Assembly (NCBI GenBank): GCA_000708835.1
Contig: DF236961.1
Span: forward strand, 372,001-436,000
Length of the DNA stretch: 64,000 bases
Source of the DNA: Klebsormidium nitens
Taxonomy: Eukaryota > Plantae > Klebsormidiophyceae
Reading direction: 5' to 3'
The notes under the pieces are model-generated. The model ran no database searches. It was not told the origin of the DNA and saw only the letters and a list, made by a program, of their open reading frames with translations. Positions 35,801-49,800 of this stretch are shown here, one piece after another (position 1 is the first letter of the stretch; the number at the start of each line of letters is the position of its first letter). Both the position numbers and the translations under genes were made by a program.

Positions 35801-38800
35801 TAAACTCGGCCGCTTTCTTTTGACACACATCCCACTGGCTTGTCTAGCTGAAGCCACACATAATGTTCCAAGACCTAGGAGTTTAGGAGGTCTCAGAGTT
35901 GTTGTCTCTCACGTAAGAATGTTTGTCAAGCGCAGCCAGAGACTCACGAACCCATCAGATCAAAGTTGGCCCCTAAAACACACTCCACTTTACGGAGCCA
36001 TATAGCGCAAGGACCGGAACCGGATTCAGGAGAAAAACTACAGGCTATTCGATCGTCGATGAAAGTACCTGTACTCGAGCATTTCCACCGGTTTCGTAGA
36101 TCCCCAGAACTAAGCAATTGAATGAGCAGTAGAACAGGACACACTAGCGCCTCACCTTGTCCAGCTTGTCGGACTCGCTCGTTACCCAGGCCCGGCAACG
36201 GCTCAACGTCTCCTCCAAAATACTCAGGGCTGTCGTCCGATCCTCCCCGTCCAGCCCAAGCACAAAGGTCTCCTTGTCACCGCCCAGAGCGTTTTCAAGG
36301 TCGATCATCCTGGGAGACAGATTTCGAGCCGTGGTCAGACTAGCAATCTTCGGCCATTATGCAAAATCGAGCTCATGCAGCCGACCAAAGAACTCGTCTT
36401 TTTTGCCATGAAACTTGAGCGTTGCCGGGGTCTGTGACCGACTCTTCTTCCTGTGGGACTCGACGCTCTTGTGCGACCCCGCAGCTGGAGAATCGAAAGC
36501 CGGCCATGACAAGTTCCCCTGCCTAGAAGCCTGGTGGATACGAAGGGGCTTTCTTTCAGCTACCTTTAAAGAGAGCATCCACCCAAGTACACTCGTGCAT
36601 CCGAGTCCTGAGGAAAGAAATCATCCGAGGGCCCACATTCAATCTCGAATGTCTTCAGCAACCCAACGCACCACGTGAACAAGTATCTGGTCGCTTGACG
36701 GGAGCGACCCCCCCTCTAAGACCCCGCAGTGCTTTTCAAGGCCCGATGTTACAAAGCGTGTATCACATCGGGCATTGGGAGAGACTAGCCGACTTACTGG
36801 TCTCCCTTGAAGCTGTCCAGGAACTCCTTCCGCTCAGCAGTCGGCATCAACCGCGCAACAGTGTATACTGCCCCGAAGTAGTTCTCCACCGCTTTCCGCA
36901 TCGTATCCAGACCCATCCGGAGCTCCGCGACCTTCTCAGAATCTTTTGGGGCGCCGTCAGCGGCTGATAGGTCCCCCTGTAGGACGACGAGGATGCTGAG
37001 TGGCCCATATAACACTTCCGCACTCAGACTGTCTTCCTCCGCTCCTAACACACGTAGTGTTTTGCCCAAAAAAGCAATTTTATTGTTCGCATTAAGATGC
37101 AAATATCATTTAAGAGTTCCGCACTGAGAACGTTTCCTGTGAAGCATAAGGAGCTGACGCTCTGCAGCCTTTTCTGACATCGTCACAGAGTGACCCAAAG
37201 CTTGGTCTCTTACTCGGACCACAGCATCACTTTAAAGGCACACTTCTTGAAGCCTCGTGAGAGAGTCTCTCACGTCTGACACATCGAAACGACGAACTTC
37301 GAAATGCAAGCCAACAAAGGTTGTCGAAAACCAGGATTTTTTTTTTGAACTGAAATAACCTTCTCGCAAGGCCACAATGACTGGACAAAAGTTGCCTCAC
37401 ATCATCTTCGTTATCATTGCAAGAGGTAATCAGCCAATAGAGAGAGGACCAGTCTACAGATTCCGACTGGAGCGACTCTTGCAAAGCCTGATCTCTGATA
37501 ATTGGGTTCGGTAAGTGAAACATTCTTGTTGATCTTACTCTCTTACCTGTCCAGCCTCTTCTTCTGTTGGCTTCGCTACGCCATTCTCGGGCTCCCTCTG
37601 CGAAAACGAGCAATCATCAGCACCACCGCTGCAAACTCGCAGAGTAAACCAGATCTCTACACGTAGAGATCAGCTACCAACGAGTATCAATCCTCAATGA
37701 CTTTTCAAACTACCAAACACCTCGTTGAGCTTCTGTCAAGAATCAATGCTACCACTGCAGGTCACTAGCTCGCTGAAGACAAGAAGAACTTGGTAGATCA
37801 GGAAGTAACATGAAGGGCATTGACAGTCTCCTAATAGGGGACCACCACCCAAAATCCAACTATTTTGCAGCTGATCATCTTTGAAAGTGTTTCAAGCTTC
37901 AACGTGCAGTTTGAGGTCAGCCCTTTTTGAGTCTAAACTCAGTTTACCGCGCTTAAAACGAAGCATCATGAAAGACAAGCTTCGAAAAGCGTGCTCAAAG
38001 CAAATACCAATTCCTGCAAGCTGCTGCGCAAAACCATAAAGTGTTTCTCCAATTTTGCAGCAGTGGCAGGTGAATCCACTTACCGTAATCATGGAGGATG
38101 AACATTTGTTACCACCACAGCAAGACTTAACTGCAGCCGACTGTCCAAAGGTAAACGGTAAGCCAACATGTGGAAAGGAAGGACTGCGGATGATGTACAA
38201 TAACCCTAAATCCCTGAAACACAAATATGCCTCACCTGCGTAGCCCTCAGGCTGGCTTCCAGCTCAGCCTTCAGCTGCTCGTCCACTTCTTCATCGTCTT
38301 CCTCTTCCTCCTCTGCATACGCATCCTCATCGAAATCGTCGTCTACTTTCAAGCTCGCCCGGCCGTTCTCGCTGTTCCCCTCAGAGTCTCTGACTGCCGT
38401 TGCAGCTGTTGAAGACTTTGGGCCGCCAGCCTCGCCGAGGCGCTCAAAGATTGTGCTTCCTACAGGAGGAGTGCTTTGTCATACTTGGGGGCATCATGAT
38501 TCTTAAAACAACAAGCAAATCTGTTGAGTCGGGGGATAGGGCGCCTGATCAGGCATTTGGCGTTCAAGGCTATAATTGAAGAGTATGACAGAAGGGGAAC
38601 CTTATAGAACATGAAGATGAATCCCCTGCATCAGACTAAGCTCTTGCTCTTGGCACATGAGCTTTCTCTGACGAAGTGGAGGGCTGATGGTGGTGGCTAA
38701 CATGCTTCAGAACTAAAGCACAATTTGCGAGTTCAGTATTTGACATGTTCAGAACCCTAGAACTAGAACAGTCCTGGTCGTTAGTGTCATTCTTGCACCT

Positions 38801-40053
38801 TCAGTCAGTGCCGGTGGTTATACCATCTTCATTTACAATTGCCAGGCACTGACTTCAGATAGAAACAGTTCCTTCAAGGGTAAGTCAGCATAACATCAGA
38901 GATGCGTCAGCAGCCACCATCAGAGGGAAATGAATAAATATGACTTTAAAAATAAAGCTGAGATGGTATCTGCAAGAAAGAGGGGGACGATGCAAGGGTG
39001 GTGGTTTTGAATATAGGTCATCCTTTTGACCAAACCAGTAAGTCGCAGCAATAGCGCAAGGCATTCATTAACATTAAGTGCAAAAGTGCGAGTTCTCTGT
39101 TGGGTGCAGGTGATTTGACATCACTACACCTTCAACGGCCAAAGGAGTGATGTACAAGAAAAGTTGAACCTTCTATCACAAAACTGGTCAAATCAAAATG
39201 GGCACCAAAGATCCTGTGTGACGCATTTGGCTCACAGTTGAGAGGTAGTGTTGATTGGAAAATATCCATTCCCTGGGAAGAAACATCTTAGGTTAAAAAT
39301 AGTCTCCCACTAGCGGACATAGCAGGTTTTGAATTCAAAGAGAGGGGCATCATTCCATCAGCTTCCATGAGTCATATCTCTCATAAATCAACGGGCTGTC
39401 AATTGGCAGCGAGGTCAGTGGTAGTCATCTACGGGGGTCCAGCAGAGAAGCCCACTCCTCAAAATGGCTTTGAACCTCAGAGGACATAGTCAAGGTTCAA
39501 GTAGCTGTTTCTCATATTAACCTCACACTGATAGGAGGAATTGTGTGCATTGAAGTTCCACACATTAAAATTATGCGTTGAGACGCAGGACCACCAAGCA
39601 AACAAGCTACTTTGCATAATGTTTGCACGAAAACAAGCGACAATTGGCGGAGCAGCTAAAACAGCGCACACCATTACCAACAAGCGATCTCAAACAATTA
39701 TCAAGTAGAACAGTAAGGTCCTCACCTGACGAGCCTGTCCCGCCAGTTTTGGACTCTCCTTTGAGGCCATGCAACCACTTGGCCCCAACTCGGACCTCAC
39801 GTTTCCTTGGCTTGCTGAGGCGCACTCCTCGGGCAGGCAAACCCCCGAATGTCACATCCTCATCGAATACCCAAGGCAGACTATTACTAGCCTGAATGAG
39901 ATTTGGCTGTCTAGGAAGCTTTCCTACTTTGGCACATGTCGGTCGCGGCAGGGGGCTGCCATACCACTCCTTCCCGAAGTGAGGAGGTGCCCCCCCTGTG
40001 AATAGACCGGTTTGGAAAGTGCTGCCAACCGCGTGTGCCAAAGAAAGGGCCAT
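29890..40053 (-). CDS. Uncharacterised acidic, partly coiled-coil protein (about 827 aa) with a plastid-transit-like N-terminus
   Basis: Eleven phase-consistent GT-AG exons: 40053-39726, 38459-38236, 36976-36798, 36309-36156, 35325-35062, 34559-34455, 33560-33413, 32774-32570, 32151-31958, 30966-30749 and 30354-29890 (2484 nt, open). No family motif recognised. Confidence 0.8.
31020..31270 (-). repeat. Two intronic echoes of the exon start at 30966
   Basis: The copies at about 31030-31108 (decoy acceptor at 31106) and about 31190-31270 resemble YKPVADRMPSTPEEVLTAIEDGI with indels. Confidence 0.75.
32845..33100 (-). repeat. Two intronic echoes of the exon start at 32774
   Basis: Degenerate GLRPAGDRPAGQPLSEQD copies with AG sites at 32925 and 33096. 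Confidence 0.75.
34295..34345 (-). repeat. Intronic echo of the exon end plus donor at 34455
   Basis: ctcacctgctctgccgacctgcgctcc is repeated at 34301 and 34450. Confidence 0.85.
35384..35560 (-). repeat. Two intronic echoes of the acceptor plus exon start at 35325
   Basis: cag|gatgctggcgagtacaccctagtgaacgacgaagtggtcccc copies at 35441 and 35555; the distal copy has a 1-nt deletion. Confidence 0.9.
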
Positions 40054-41033
40054 GCCTGTTGAAATCTCTGACAAACTCGAAGGTAACTTACAATGCAGCC
40101 CTTCTTAGTCCAAACAACCATGCCACTTGGCAGAGCTCGGCTAATTTCCTTCGTCACCACTACCTAGCGCCCTAGATTGCCAGGAGATCGCCCCTGCAGC
40201 AATGCTGGCGCAGCAGGAAGTGGGAAAGCGGAATTGAGGAACCCGCGAGGCTGATGAACAGGAATCAGAACAGTCTGGCTCCATCATAGACTCTAGACTC
40301 TAGAGTCTAGCCTTAGGATTACCATTACCGTGCACGATATTTTGAGCAAAATGGCTCTCTACGCCGTCCATCTGTTTTCACAATCCTCAATCGACGTTTC
40401 TAGGTCTGGGTTATAAAAATGCAGGTACCGTCGGATTGCCTTTTCCCGGAGCCATCGAACGGTCTGATCGGGTTTAAATATGACCTGCAGAGCGAACAAT
40501 AGACGCCGCTCCTAGTTCGCAGCTTTGCTGACTCATGTTGGGAGGGACAAGCTCAGCTGCCAGCTGGGTGGAACTTTTCGAAGATGCCAATGGCGTCTCT
40601 CTGTGTGTCTCCTCCTTGCAGGAGCGCTTTTGCAGCACTTGAAGGTGGGCAAAGCATCATATAAGCTGAGCAGCTCAGAAGCTCTCCCCGCAGGCGGTTG
40701 AGAACCCTCAATTGCTAGGAAGTGCAGCAATGCGGCTTTGAATTTTGAAGCAGGTGCCTAACGCAGCATTCTACGGTCTGCAATTGCCTGTCCCCCAAGA
40801 ATTTGGCCTCTCGATACTTTAAATTCTAAACATCGCTTTGCTGATAGGCCCCGCCGCTGTGCAAAAGTGTTCAGTGGTGGGGACAAACTTTGAGAAGACA
40901 GTCTGAGTACCACCAGCATCAAGAGATCGTGAAGGAAAGTGACTGACGCCGTCGCTTCCCTCATGTTAGACACTTGCGAGACGGGCTTCTGCTGCGAAGC
41001 TCGCGAGGACTAGCTGGCTCTCAGTGACTTTTG

Positions 41034-42140
41034 ATGGCAAGCCAGAAGGATACCTTGGACAAGGCGGTTGCATTCTTTCAAAAAAGAGACGGGGTTGACA
41101 AAGCACTGAAGATATGTAGGTACACATCAAAGCTGCTGCTCAAGACAGATGTTGTTGCTCCCAGCTCGCACTTGGCACAGAGGCTAGCGGAATTTGAAGG
41201 AAGCGTTGGAATCAGCAGAAAGGCATTCCGGCTAGGAAAGTTCCTGCAAGACTTGGACGCAGTAAGGAAGGGCCCAAAGTTGTCTACCAGGGATGGACTT
41301 CTTCATCTCATTGCCAATGGGTTTGAGGGCGCATACTACTTCACCGAGCAAGGCATCTGGCTGGTAAGGACATTTGGATTCATGAGTTTTTAGTCACTTG
41401 TCAACAACGGTGTATTTTTTGGGCCCTTGAGCTTCTGAGATCCAGATTGTGTTAATGTAGATGAACGCCTTGCCAATCTTAGCGCATACGAAAACATGCT
41501 ATCAACCTCTTGAAAGACATTCACTCTCCTTCATCCATTGGGGCCTTGTTCATACTTGATACCAGGCTTCATAGAAACCTGCTGGGTTTGTAAAATCCTC
41601 TTAGAAATTGAACAAGCATGCAGATTACTCAAGCTGAGCTGAAATTGTGCATTTCCAGTCGAGTGAAAGTGGATTTTGAAGCCAGTAGAATCAGTCTGAC
41701 AACTTAAGAAGAAAGCTAAGCCTTGATTAATTTGCCATTTGCAGGCCAAAGCAGGACTGATTGACAAGAGGCACTGCGCGCCCTTAACAAAGATCAGTGC
41801 GTGGACCGAGTTCTTTGGCTACTTTGGGAGTGTTTCTCTCAGCTTGTTGGCCATCTCATCAACGTACAGACGAGAAGCGGAGTTGATCAACGAGCTTCGT
41901 GCACAAGGAAAGACAACGGTGGGCGATGGAAGTGAGGACGATGTTCGATTGAAAGAGCTTGCACAACTGCGAGCTAAGCGACTCTTGAAGATGATAGCAG
42001 TCGCCCAGGATGCAGCAGATGCACTGCTCGCCCTAGATGACATGATGGAACGGAAAAGCGTGCTTAAGAACCCGGCCCTTTTGGCTCTGGCCGGCCTGTT
42101 GTCGGCTCTCATAGGCGCCTACAAATGCTGGCCAACTTAG
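41034..42140 (+). CDS. PEX11: Peroxisomal biogenesis protein 11 (PEX11a-like)
   Basis: Exons 41034-41363 and 41745-42140 encode KRDGVDKALKICRY...SRKAFRLGKFLQD...YYFTEQGIWLAKAGLID...SAWTEFFGY...AVAQDAADALLAL...LAGLLSALIGAYKCW. Confidence 0.92.
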
Positions 42141-43351
42141 CTGAAAACGACTGAGCCACTTGATTGGGTTCAAAGCTTTAAATTGCGAACTAGAGCATGC
42201 TATGAACTTCGAGATTGACTTGTAATTAGATGAGGGTAAAATAGTTCTCTTAAAAGCAGTGTTTCAAGTGCTTTCTTCTTAAAAGCCCCGGGCCCGTGTC
42301 CAAACCAAAGCAATGGTGGTGATCCATTACGAAGTCACATAAATCACTCAGTGACTCGATCAGTGACGATCCAGAACGTCGGATCTGCTCAGAGCTGGCC
42401 CTGACTCAGTAAAGTAGGTATGTACCGTCTGGCACATGCGTCATGCTGGCGTACAGCCCCAAATATACTCCGTCCTGTCATGGCGGCACATGCTTACATG
42501 TTGCGACCACATGGACCAAAACAAAGATTAGTTGTAGGTCTGTAAACAGGCTTGTTGCGATCATAATTGTAACGATCGGAATTTGCTTCTAGAATGTATT
42601 TGCCGCCATATACGCACGGTGCATCCAAAACCTCGACTGACATGCCGCGGCCATGCATGGGACTCCGGTTAACATGGCCGCGAGATGACGCGCGTGCAAT
42701 TGGGTCACTAATTGCGAACGGCGCCTGGCCCATTCGCAGCCCGAAACATATATGCGCGCCGTTCATTACTATAAGTGCAATTGCTATAAATATGCACACA
42801 TACGTTACCAGCCAGCATGTTCAATGTATATTTGATATTGATCCGGCATAAAAAGTTCGGATGCACCCGGGCGGCCTTGGTCGAATCATGCTATCCGATC
42901 ACACCTCAATGAACAAACGTCCGGTCGCCGCCGAAGCAGCCCACTTGTTGGTCAAGGCTTCCGATCGAGTTCACTCCGACTTGAATGTCGAACTCAATAA
43001 TCATTGAATGATAAGTAACACTTGTCGAGAGAATCAGCGTTGATGAATAGGTCTCGACACATGACGTGTGTCGGCGGTTGCATACGGAAAACTCGAATTA
43101 CCAATGTATATGTACTCGTTCAGCACGTGATGATGAGTGATCATCAGTGATTGGATCGATTATCTGCCTGCCTCCCTGCGGCGACCAGAGCAGCCGGCCA
43201 GAAGTGAAATTTAAGGCCGCAAGTAGATTCAGCCGTGATACGCAACCTGGTAACGTTGCTGGTCGAGCAACTTGCGACACCGAATAAAAGGTGAACAACT
43301 GCGACCGGGACCCTCGAGAAATAGCAGTTAATGTATAACGAATCGACGAAG

Positions 43352-46147
43352 CTACTCGTCGTCTTTGTAAGGAAGCTCTTCGGGCACCGTCTCTATTAGC
43401 CTCATTCGAATCTCATATACGTCGTCCCCTTTCAGCATATCCTTGACGATCCTCACCTCTGTTCGCATTGAGATCTGCAGAAAAACAAACCACCTTGCAT
43501 TCTCAAGAATCAAGGACCTCTTAGGAGAAATCCTCTGACCAATGATGCGGAACGAAACCACATCGACCGAGAAGCTGAGAGGGCTGAATAATCTCAATTC
43601 AACTCTCGGGGCCAATACTTTTTGTGGTCCTTGCAACGATACGGTTGACATGCTCGACCAGAAAAGAGGGAACCCTTATCTGCGGACTTCTGGAAACACC
43701 AAATGCAAGTAACGTAGGCCAACAGACGAGTCAGGCCAAAGGCGAACGTTGGAAAACATCCAGCTCGTAGCCTTTTCGCAGGTGAGACAGTCGAAAAGAA
43801 AGTTGGCGCTTCACAAACCCTCCGGAGAGACGCCGTCGTATAGAGGCCGGAAAGACGCCGTCGTATAGAGTCCGGAAAGACGCCGTTGTATAGAGTATTG
43901 ACGGAACACGGGAAACAGCTTCAACACAGAGATCGGCGACCTGAGCGCACCACAAAGCGAAACAGACATGTAATCTTTCTGATCGTGAAGTGTTGAGGGC
44001 TTACCATTTCCAACGCCCCCCTTAAGACCCCGCACAGTATGCTGCAGTACGAGAGGCCTTGGCAGGTGTCGGGCAGCTCGACGAAGTCGACCAGCGGATT
44101 GTCGTCCATCAGAAGGCTGCACTCCTTCCCGTCTGGGCTCCAGTTGGCGACCGTGGGAGAGACTCCGAGAAACATCTTGAACCCGACCTGCGAAGAGCAG
44201 AATGTTCAACGGTCAACACCCATTGTGGACAGAGAGTTTATCCTTGTCTTAGAGTCTCTTTTGTCTCTTTCAGTTGACCGCGACCACGAAGTATGTGGCT
44301 GAGGCAAGGAAGAGGGAGGCCTTAATCTTCACCGGCGAACGAAGGTCGGCCTTGGTATGTGGACTAACCGTTGGAAATTGATGAATACCTCCTATATCGG
44401 AGGGAATTGTCAGTGATTCCTCCACAAGACCTTTTAGCGGACATTTCCCTTTCTTTTTGTCTTAAAACACTTTCCCTCTCGCAATGAAAGTGGCCGAATC
44501 TGTCAACTCGGTGAGCAACGAAATTTGGGAAATGAGGATGAGCAGTACAGCCGTTGGTCCATCTGTAAGGGACTTCGACTTTCATTTTTCAGAAGAGTAT
44601 CTTTTCCTGATGCTGATTCTTGCCAGGATTGGCTTGACGAATTCTCCTAGATACCTGGAATATGCAACTTCTGTTCGTCACAGATTGACCAATCCACCAA
44701 TCTGACGTGTTGACACATAGGGGTCAGCGGCTCTTAAAAAGACTCTGACAAGATTCTAAGAGAGCTTGTTTCGAGTCTACCGATTCAGGGCCCGCCCGCT
44801 GGCCCGTTGACAGGTCGCTCATTTTCATAGGCACCAGTCCTGGAAACTATAATTCAGACAAACGGCAAGTAGTCTCCAAAGGAAATTCGAGCCAGGCTTT
44901 GAACTGAGGCCGGATTCAAAAAGGTCATACATCCATCGTGCAGTTCGCCAACTTACCCTTTAGCTATGATTGATGCTCGATTTGACTAGCAACACTCACA
45001 ATTGCAAATCAAGTTGGTGCCTCTGCTAAACATTCATAAGTCATTTGGTTGACAATCTTGGTCAGAGCTCACCTTAGCAATGACATCAGCTGTTTCCCTG
45101 AAGTCGGCGCACTTCGCAGAGTTTGATTTGGCGAGGAACTCATCAATCAATCGGATGCCAATATTGTAGCCCCTGCAGACAACCAGAAAATTCCGTCTTC
45201 AGTTTGTACAATTATATGACTTAGTCTTTATCAAATATGGCCAGGTCCACGAGAGTAAGCAGCAAATGTCAAGATAATATGTAATGGGTGGAAAGAAGGG
45301 ACGAGTCGCTTCCACGGTCACCTCTGGGTTTGCGGTCGATCATACAGTTCAGAAGATCTCCCTCTGTGGGATTCAAGTAACCAGATTGCTTGACCAAACT
45401 TAAATCAAGTCTTCGGGCACAGCTTGATAGTAGGTCAACAGGCAAAAATAATCATAATCGAGGCCAGCCGAAAAAACTTTGATATGAGTTGGCGCTGTCC
45501 TTCTTCACCGGTTTTCGAATGGTGATGAGAGTCGGGCAAAGACTATGATTAAAACTAAGCTGTCTGAGTGAAGCCCAAGTCCCAAGCCCAAGTCCTTTGA
45601 AAATTATCCAGGGGGCTCAGACAAAACTTCCACAGCTCTAAGCCCCGACCACTCAGGGCTGCCGACAAATTTCATGGAGCAGGGACCACTCTATGAACTC
45701 TTACATGCTGTCTAGCTGCTTGTTGACATCATCCACATCCTCGTGGTCTGTCAGCAGCTGCCGTACAACTGCCCCATATGTGAGAGTGAAGAGCTCCGCA
45801 TTCTGCAAACGAAGATTCTGGCTGATCAATCAATGTTAAAAAACTTTGATGAGCAGACATTCTTGTAAGGGATGACACATGGGCAAACAAGAAGCGAAGA
45901 ATGAAAGAAGAGATTTATGGCAAGCTATGGTATCTGATGAGTTTCAGGAAGAAGATCACAACATGTAAAGTGTTGTACTCCTCTAACATCACAGGTCCCA
46001 ACTTAGTTGTGGTAGCCAAAACTAAGTTGAGCCAGCCAATGCAGACGGTGCATTCGGTTGAGCACTGCTCGTAGTTTTCGCTGGCGGACTCACCACCTTC
46101 TCCACGTTTGCAAACGCCGCATCCCCAGGCCTGAGAGCTGCTTTCAT
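43352..46147 (-). CDS. BET3: TRAPP complex subunit 3 (Bet3), 185 aa
   Basis: Exons 46147-46094, 45802-45705, 45172-45073, 44187-44005 and 43474-43352 (558 nt) encode NAELFTLTYGAVVRQL...MGYNIGIRLIDEFLAKS...FKMFLG...NPLVDFVELP...YCSILCGVLRGALEM. Confidence 0.96.
43822..43896. repeat. Intronic minisatellite, 3 x 25 bp
   Basis: ccggaaagacgccgtcgtatagag(g/t) occurs three times. Confidence 0.9.
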
Positions 46148-46890
46148 TGTTGCGGGCTTTCCTGAAGCCTAGTTTTTCCCAACACCAGCTGCACCGCACA
46201 GAAGCTCCTACATATTCTGTCAGCAGGTGGCTGCCAATTCTAGTCACTGGCTTTCATCGATTGAGCGCCCCTGCTTCGCGAAGGTCTGATGGGCTTGCAG
46301 CCAACGGAAGAATCACAATTGCTCCTCCCTGTGTCCCCTGATCATGCTCTCGTCACTTTTCACTGTTCCGCCTGGAGAGCTGAGCCAGACCCATGGACAT
46401 GGAACTTTGGAAGTGTTGGCACTCTTGCAGCCTGCTCCAGCCTCTCGAGTCTTGCCCCTCTGCAATGGCAACCAATTCTGATCTTAGAAATTTTAACCAA
46501 TCTGGTCAAAATTGCCATGCGACGGGCGACGTTTGACATCGACGTCGAAGACTAGAACCTTATTTGGACTGCTTGTACTGCAAACTACCATCCGGAGTGA
46601 CTTTTCGATGAAAGGGCGGAACGTTACAGTTTGTCTCATGAGCCACCAGAATTTGGGCAGATTGGCTAATATATTACATATCTTCGGTTTCAACAAAGAG
46701 AGAAAGCGAGCTGGCTGCAGTAAAGAAACGGAGGAGAAAGGATACTTCATTTGCTAGGGCGCCATTGCAGTTCCCTTCAGGCTGCATCTACCCCTCAACC
46801 GGAGCGCCCGCTTCTGAGCGAGCTTGAGGAGAGTCCCTTGCCCAGGATCTTTCTTTCCAAGCCCCCAGCGCTTCAAAGACAGGCCCGTTT
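46148..46890. promoter_or_regulatory. Probable shared bidirectional promoter and 5' UTR region of BET3 and BZW
   Basis: The two ATGs are head-to-head and about 740 bp apart. No specific elements identified. Confidence 0.4.
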
Positions 46891-49800
46891 ATGAGGTGAG
46901 CGCTCTATGCCCTTCCTTGCGTTCGGTGCCAGAGAGGGCTAATTGACATTGTCAGGCATTGATGTCGAGGTCATAAGATGTCTCGCCGTTATGATGTTCT
47001 AGGCTGAACTGCATCCAATAAAAAGACGTGATCATTTGTCTCTCTCCATTGCGCTTTGGAGCATTCTTAAGGCACTCCCTCCATCCAGACCTTTGATGCT
47101 CCTCTATCCCTGCATGCAGCTCGAAGGAGAGACCCACGCTTGGGTAAGTGCTCAGTCTCTGACCTTGTATGTGCATTTCCCATCTTTTAGGCCTTACCAT
47201 AGATATGTTGTAGCTAGTTGTCTAGAATGCAGTCACGTTGTTGAATGGCAACAAGCCTGTTCTTAATAGCAAAGATACTCAAAACAGTAAGTGCGCATTT
47301 AGTACTCTGCTTCTTTTGACGACCACTCTTGCTTGACTCGGCTCTTGCAGTGGCGCGCGGATCAAGACCCGCAAGCGGAACATCGCAGTTCCGAATGACC
47401 CCTCTGGGTTTGCGGACAATGTCATTCAGTTCTTTAGGGACAAGGACGGTGACTTGGTGAGTTTGCGGGACGGCTGCTCATTTTGTGGACCCATGGTTTT
47501 GAGTGGACATTGTTGTTGATTGCAAGCATGGGCGACTCGCAGAATGTGGGTTCTAGGGTTTTGCAATGACCGCAGGACCGCTTGGATAGGTAGTTCTGTC
47601 ATTATTCGCAGAGGGGATGCTCCCCTCCAGCTTACGTCCCACAAACCCTAGAATTGCGTTGTGTCGCAAGTGCATTGTCCTGAGTTCCTCTCTTGCTCGC
47701 CTCCATCTATTAAAAATGCAGACAGATTCAGATAATTTGCTGCAGCAATCCGCTCAACAATCCAATTCCCGCCGCTGAATGCCATGTCTCCTGCAGGACG
47801 CTATCTCGAAGGTGATTGGAGAGGTCGACGACCTTGATTTTTCAAGGTATGGGGACACCTTGTTTGAGGTGATCTTCACGGGGCATGCGCTGCAGCCGGG
47901 GAGTGTGGTGCCGCTTGAAGATGCAAGTGACCAGCCCTGGAATGTGCTAGCGTGCGGTGAGATTCAAGCATCCGAGACCCTTTCATTTCAGTTTAGTGTT
48001 GGTTCATCGTTGGGTTTGGGGGACTCGTGGAATTGGATGGTGTTCCAAATCTAGTCTATTGATCTTTTGTGTTATTTATCCAAAAAGTCCTGATTCTTCA
48101 CTTTCAAGTGGTGTTGCTGTATCCAGAGGTCATAGCCATTCCCAAATACCGCTCTACTGGCTCGGTGCAAACCCTTTAAAAGTTGCAGGTAGTAACATCA
48201 CCAGGTGAGGTGTGCAGCATATCTTTGTCAGAAGAAGATTGTGAAGTCCTTCCTTTCATTTCCAGAAAGAGAGCACCTCAGCCGGTTTTTACTTTTGGCT
48301 TCTCAGCTGGTGGTTGGTGGTCACATAAAGTATGAGCAGCTACGGTCTGCGGCCCCTTGGAGTGACCATTACCATCTGTCCTTGAGTGGGTGTGGTTATC
48401 ACATGGTCAAGGAGCCTGAGTGAGATTTGGAAGTTGTGGCTTGTACTTCTTCCAGACAGATCGCTGGTTGCTGAAGTAAAGTCAAGTTGGGAAGTTTATC
48501 GTAGTAGGACCTCACCTCCATGCTAGCAGAATTGCTATGCTTATCTCTCCTCTCTGCCAATATGTTTCCTCATGTTTCAGGCACCAAAATGGTCCCAGGA
48601 TCGTGTTCATGGGACTCACCTAGTAGCACCCTTTTCTTCTCAAGCCAGATGGACTGAAGATGGCGCACCCCTCTCCTCACGAGTCCGCGCATTGAGCAAC
48701 GTACCCTTTCACCAAGCATGACTGAGAGTACTGAGAGTACCTGTGAGATGCAGAGATCTTACGCCAGTTTTCCGAATTGCAGAGCCAACCAAGTCGGGCA
48801 TCTTGGTGTACGTAAGCTTTGTGCAGAAGCTGATCCGGCGGCGGCCATTCCTGATCAAGAACCTGGAGAACAACCTCCAGAGGCTGCTGCAGTCGCTGGA
48901 GCACTATGGCCCGGAAGACCGCAAGAAGCTCGCCGTCTTCACGGCACTCACCTTCTCGCAGAAGCTGGGGGTGAGCACTCGTTTACACTCCCCGCCCCTC
49001 CCTTTTCAGAGAATCTTGTATGCTGACCGTTTCACACCTAATTGCGCTTCTGGGCGCTGGGGCTCAATTTCAAGCCTTTTGGCTGCAGTGTTGCTGTCAG
49101 TACCTCTTTCATGGAGAAATAGAGCAGCTGACGCCAGAGACTATCTTCGAGGGCCTTGAGAAAGGTTATCGAAGAAGTGCTGGTAACAAGCTGGTGCCAG
49201 TACAGTTGTATACATGCTGAACTTCTCCCTGTCTGCCGGTGTCGATCTGAGGGCCTTGAACAGGTTTTGAAAGATTGTTGGAATCAAGCTGGTGCCAGTG
49301 CCAACTTTATGAATGATTGGACAAACGCAGCCACTTTCAAACTTGGTTTACTAGTCTTATCTCTTCTAAGCAAGTCGCTCCCCCGTTGTTTGCAGCTGCC
49401 TCCAGAGACCATCTTCGAGGGCCTGCTCAAGGATGCCATCGTGCAGAAGGGGACCGTGCTGTCCTTCCTCACCGAGTTCTGCAAGGAGTACCTGGCGGAC
49501 AACAAGTTTGAGGAGCTGGTCAGCCTGCTCAAGCGGGCCAAGGTGAGCGCGTGCAGAGATTCACGTTCCTTTCTTTCTTGATTACAGAACATTGTTTGTG
49601 GAGCAGAATCAAGTGTAAAGGAAAAAGATCAGGTAAGAGGAGCTGATTTGAAAGCAAGTTCAGTTTGGAGAGACTGGCTTATGAGATATGGTCAGCAGCC
49701 TGCTCGGTTGTGACAAGGTGAGCGCTGCGCGAAGGACCAGATTGCTCCTTTTCCATGTGGGAAAGTTGGAAGTTTCTGAGGATGTAGCAAGGGACCGTTT

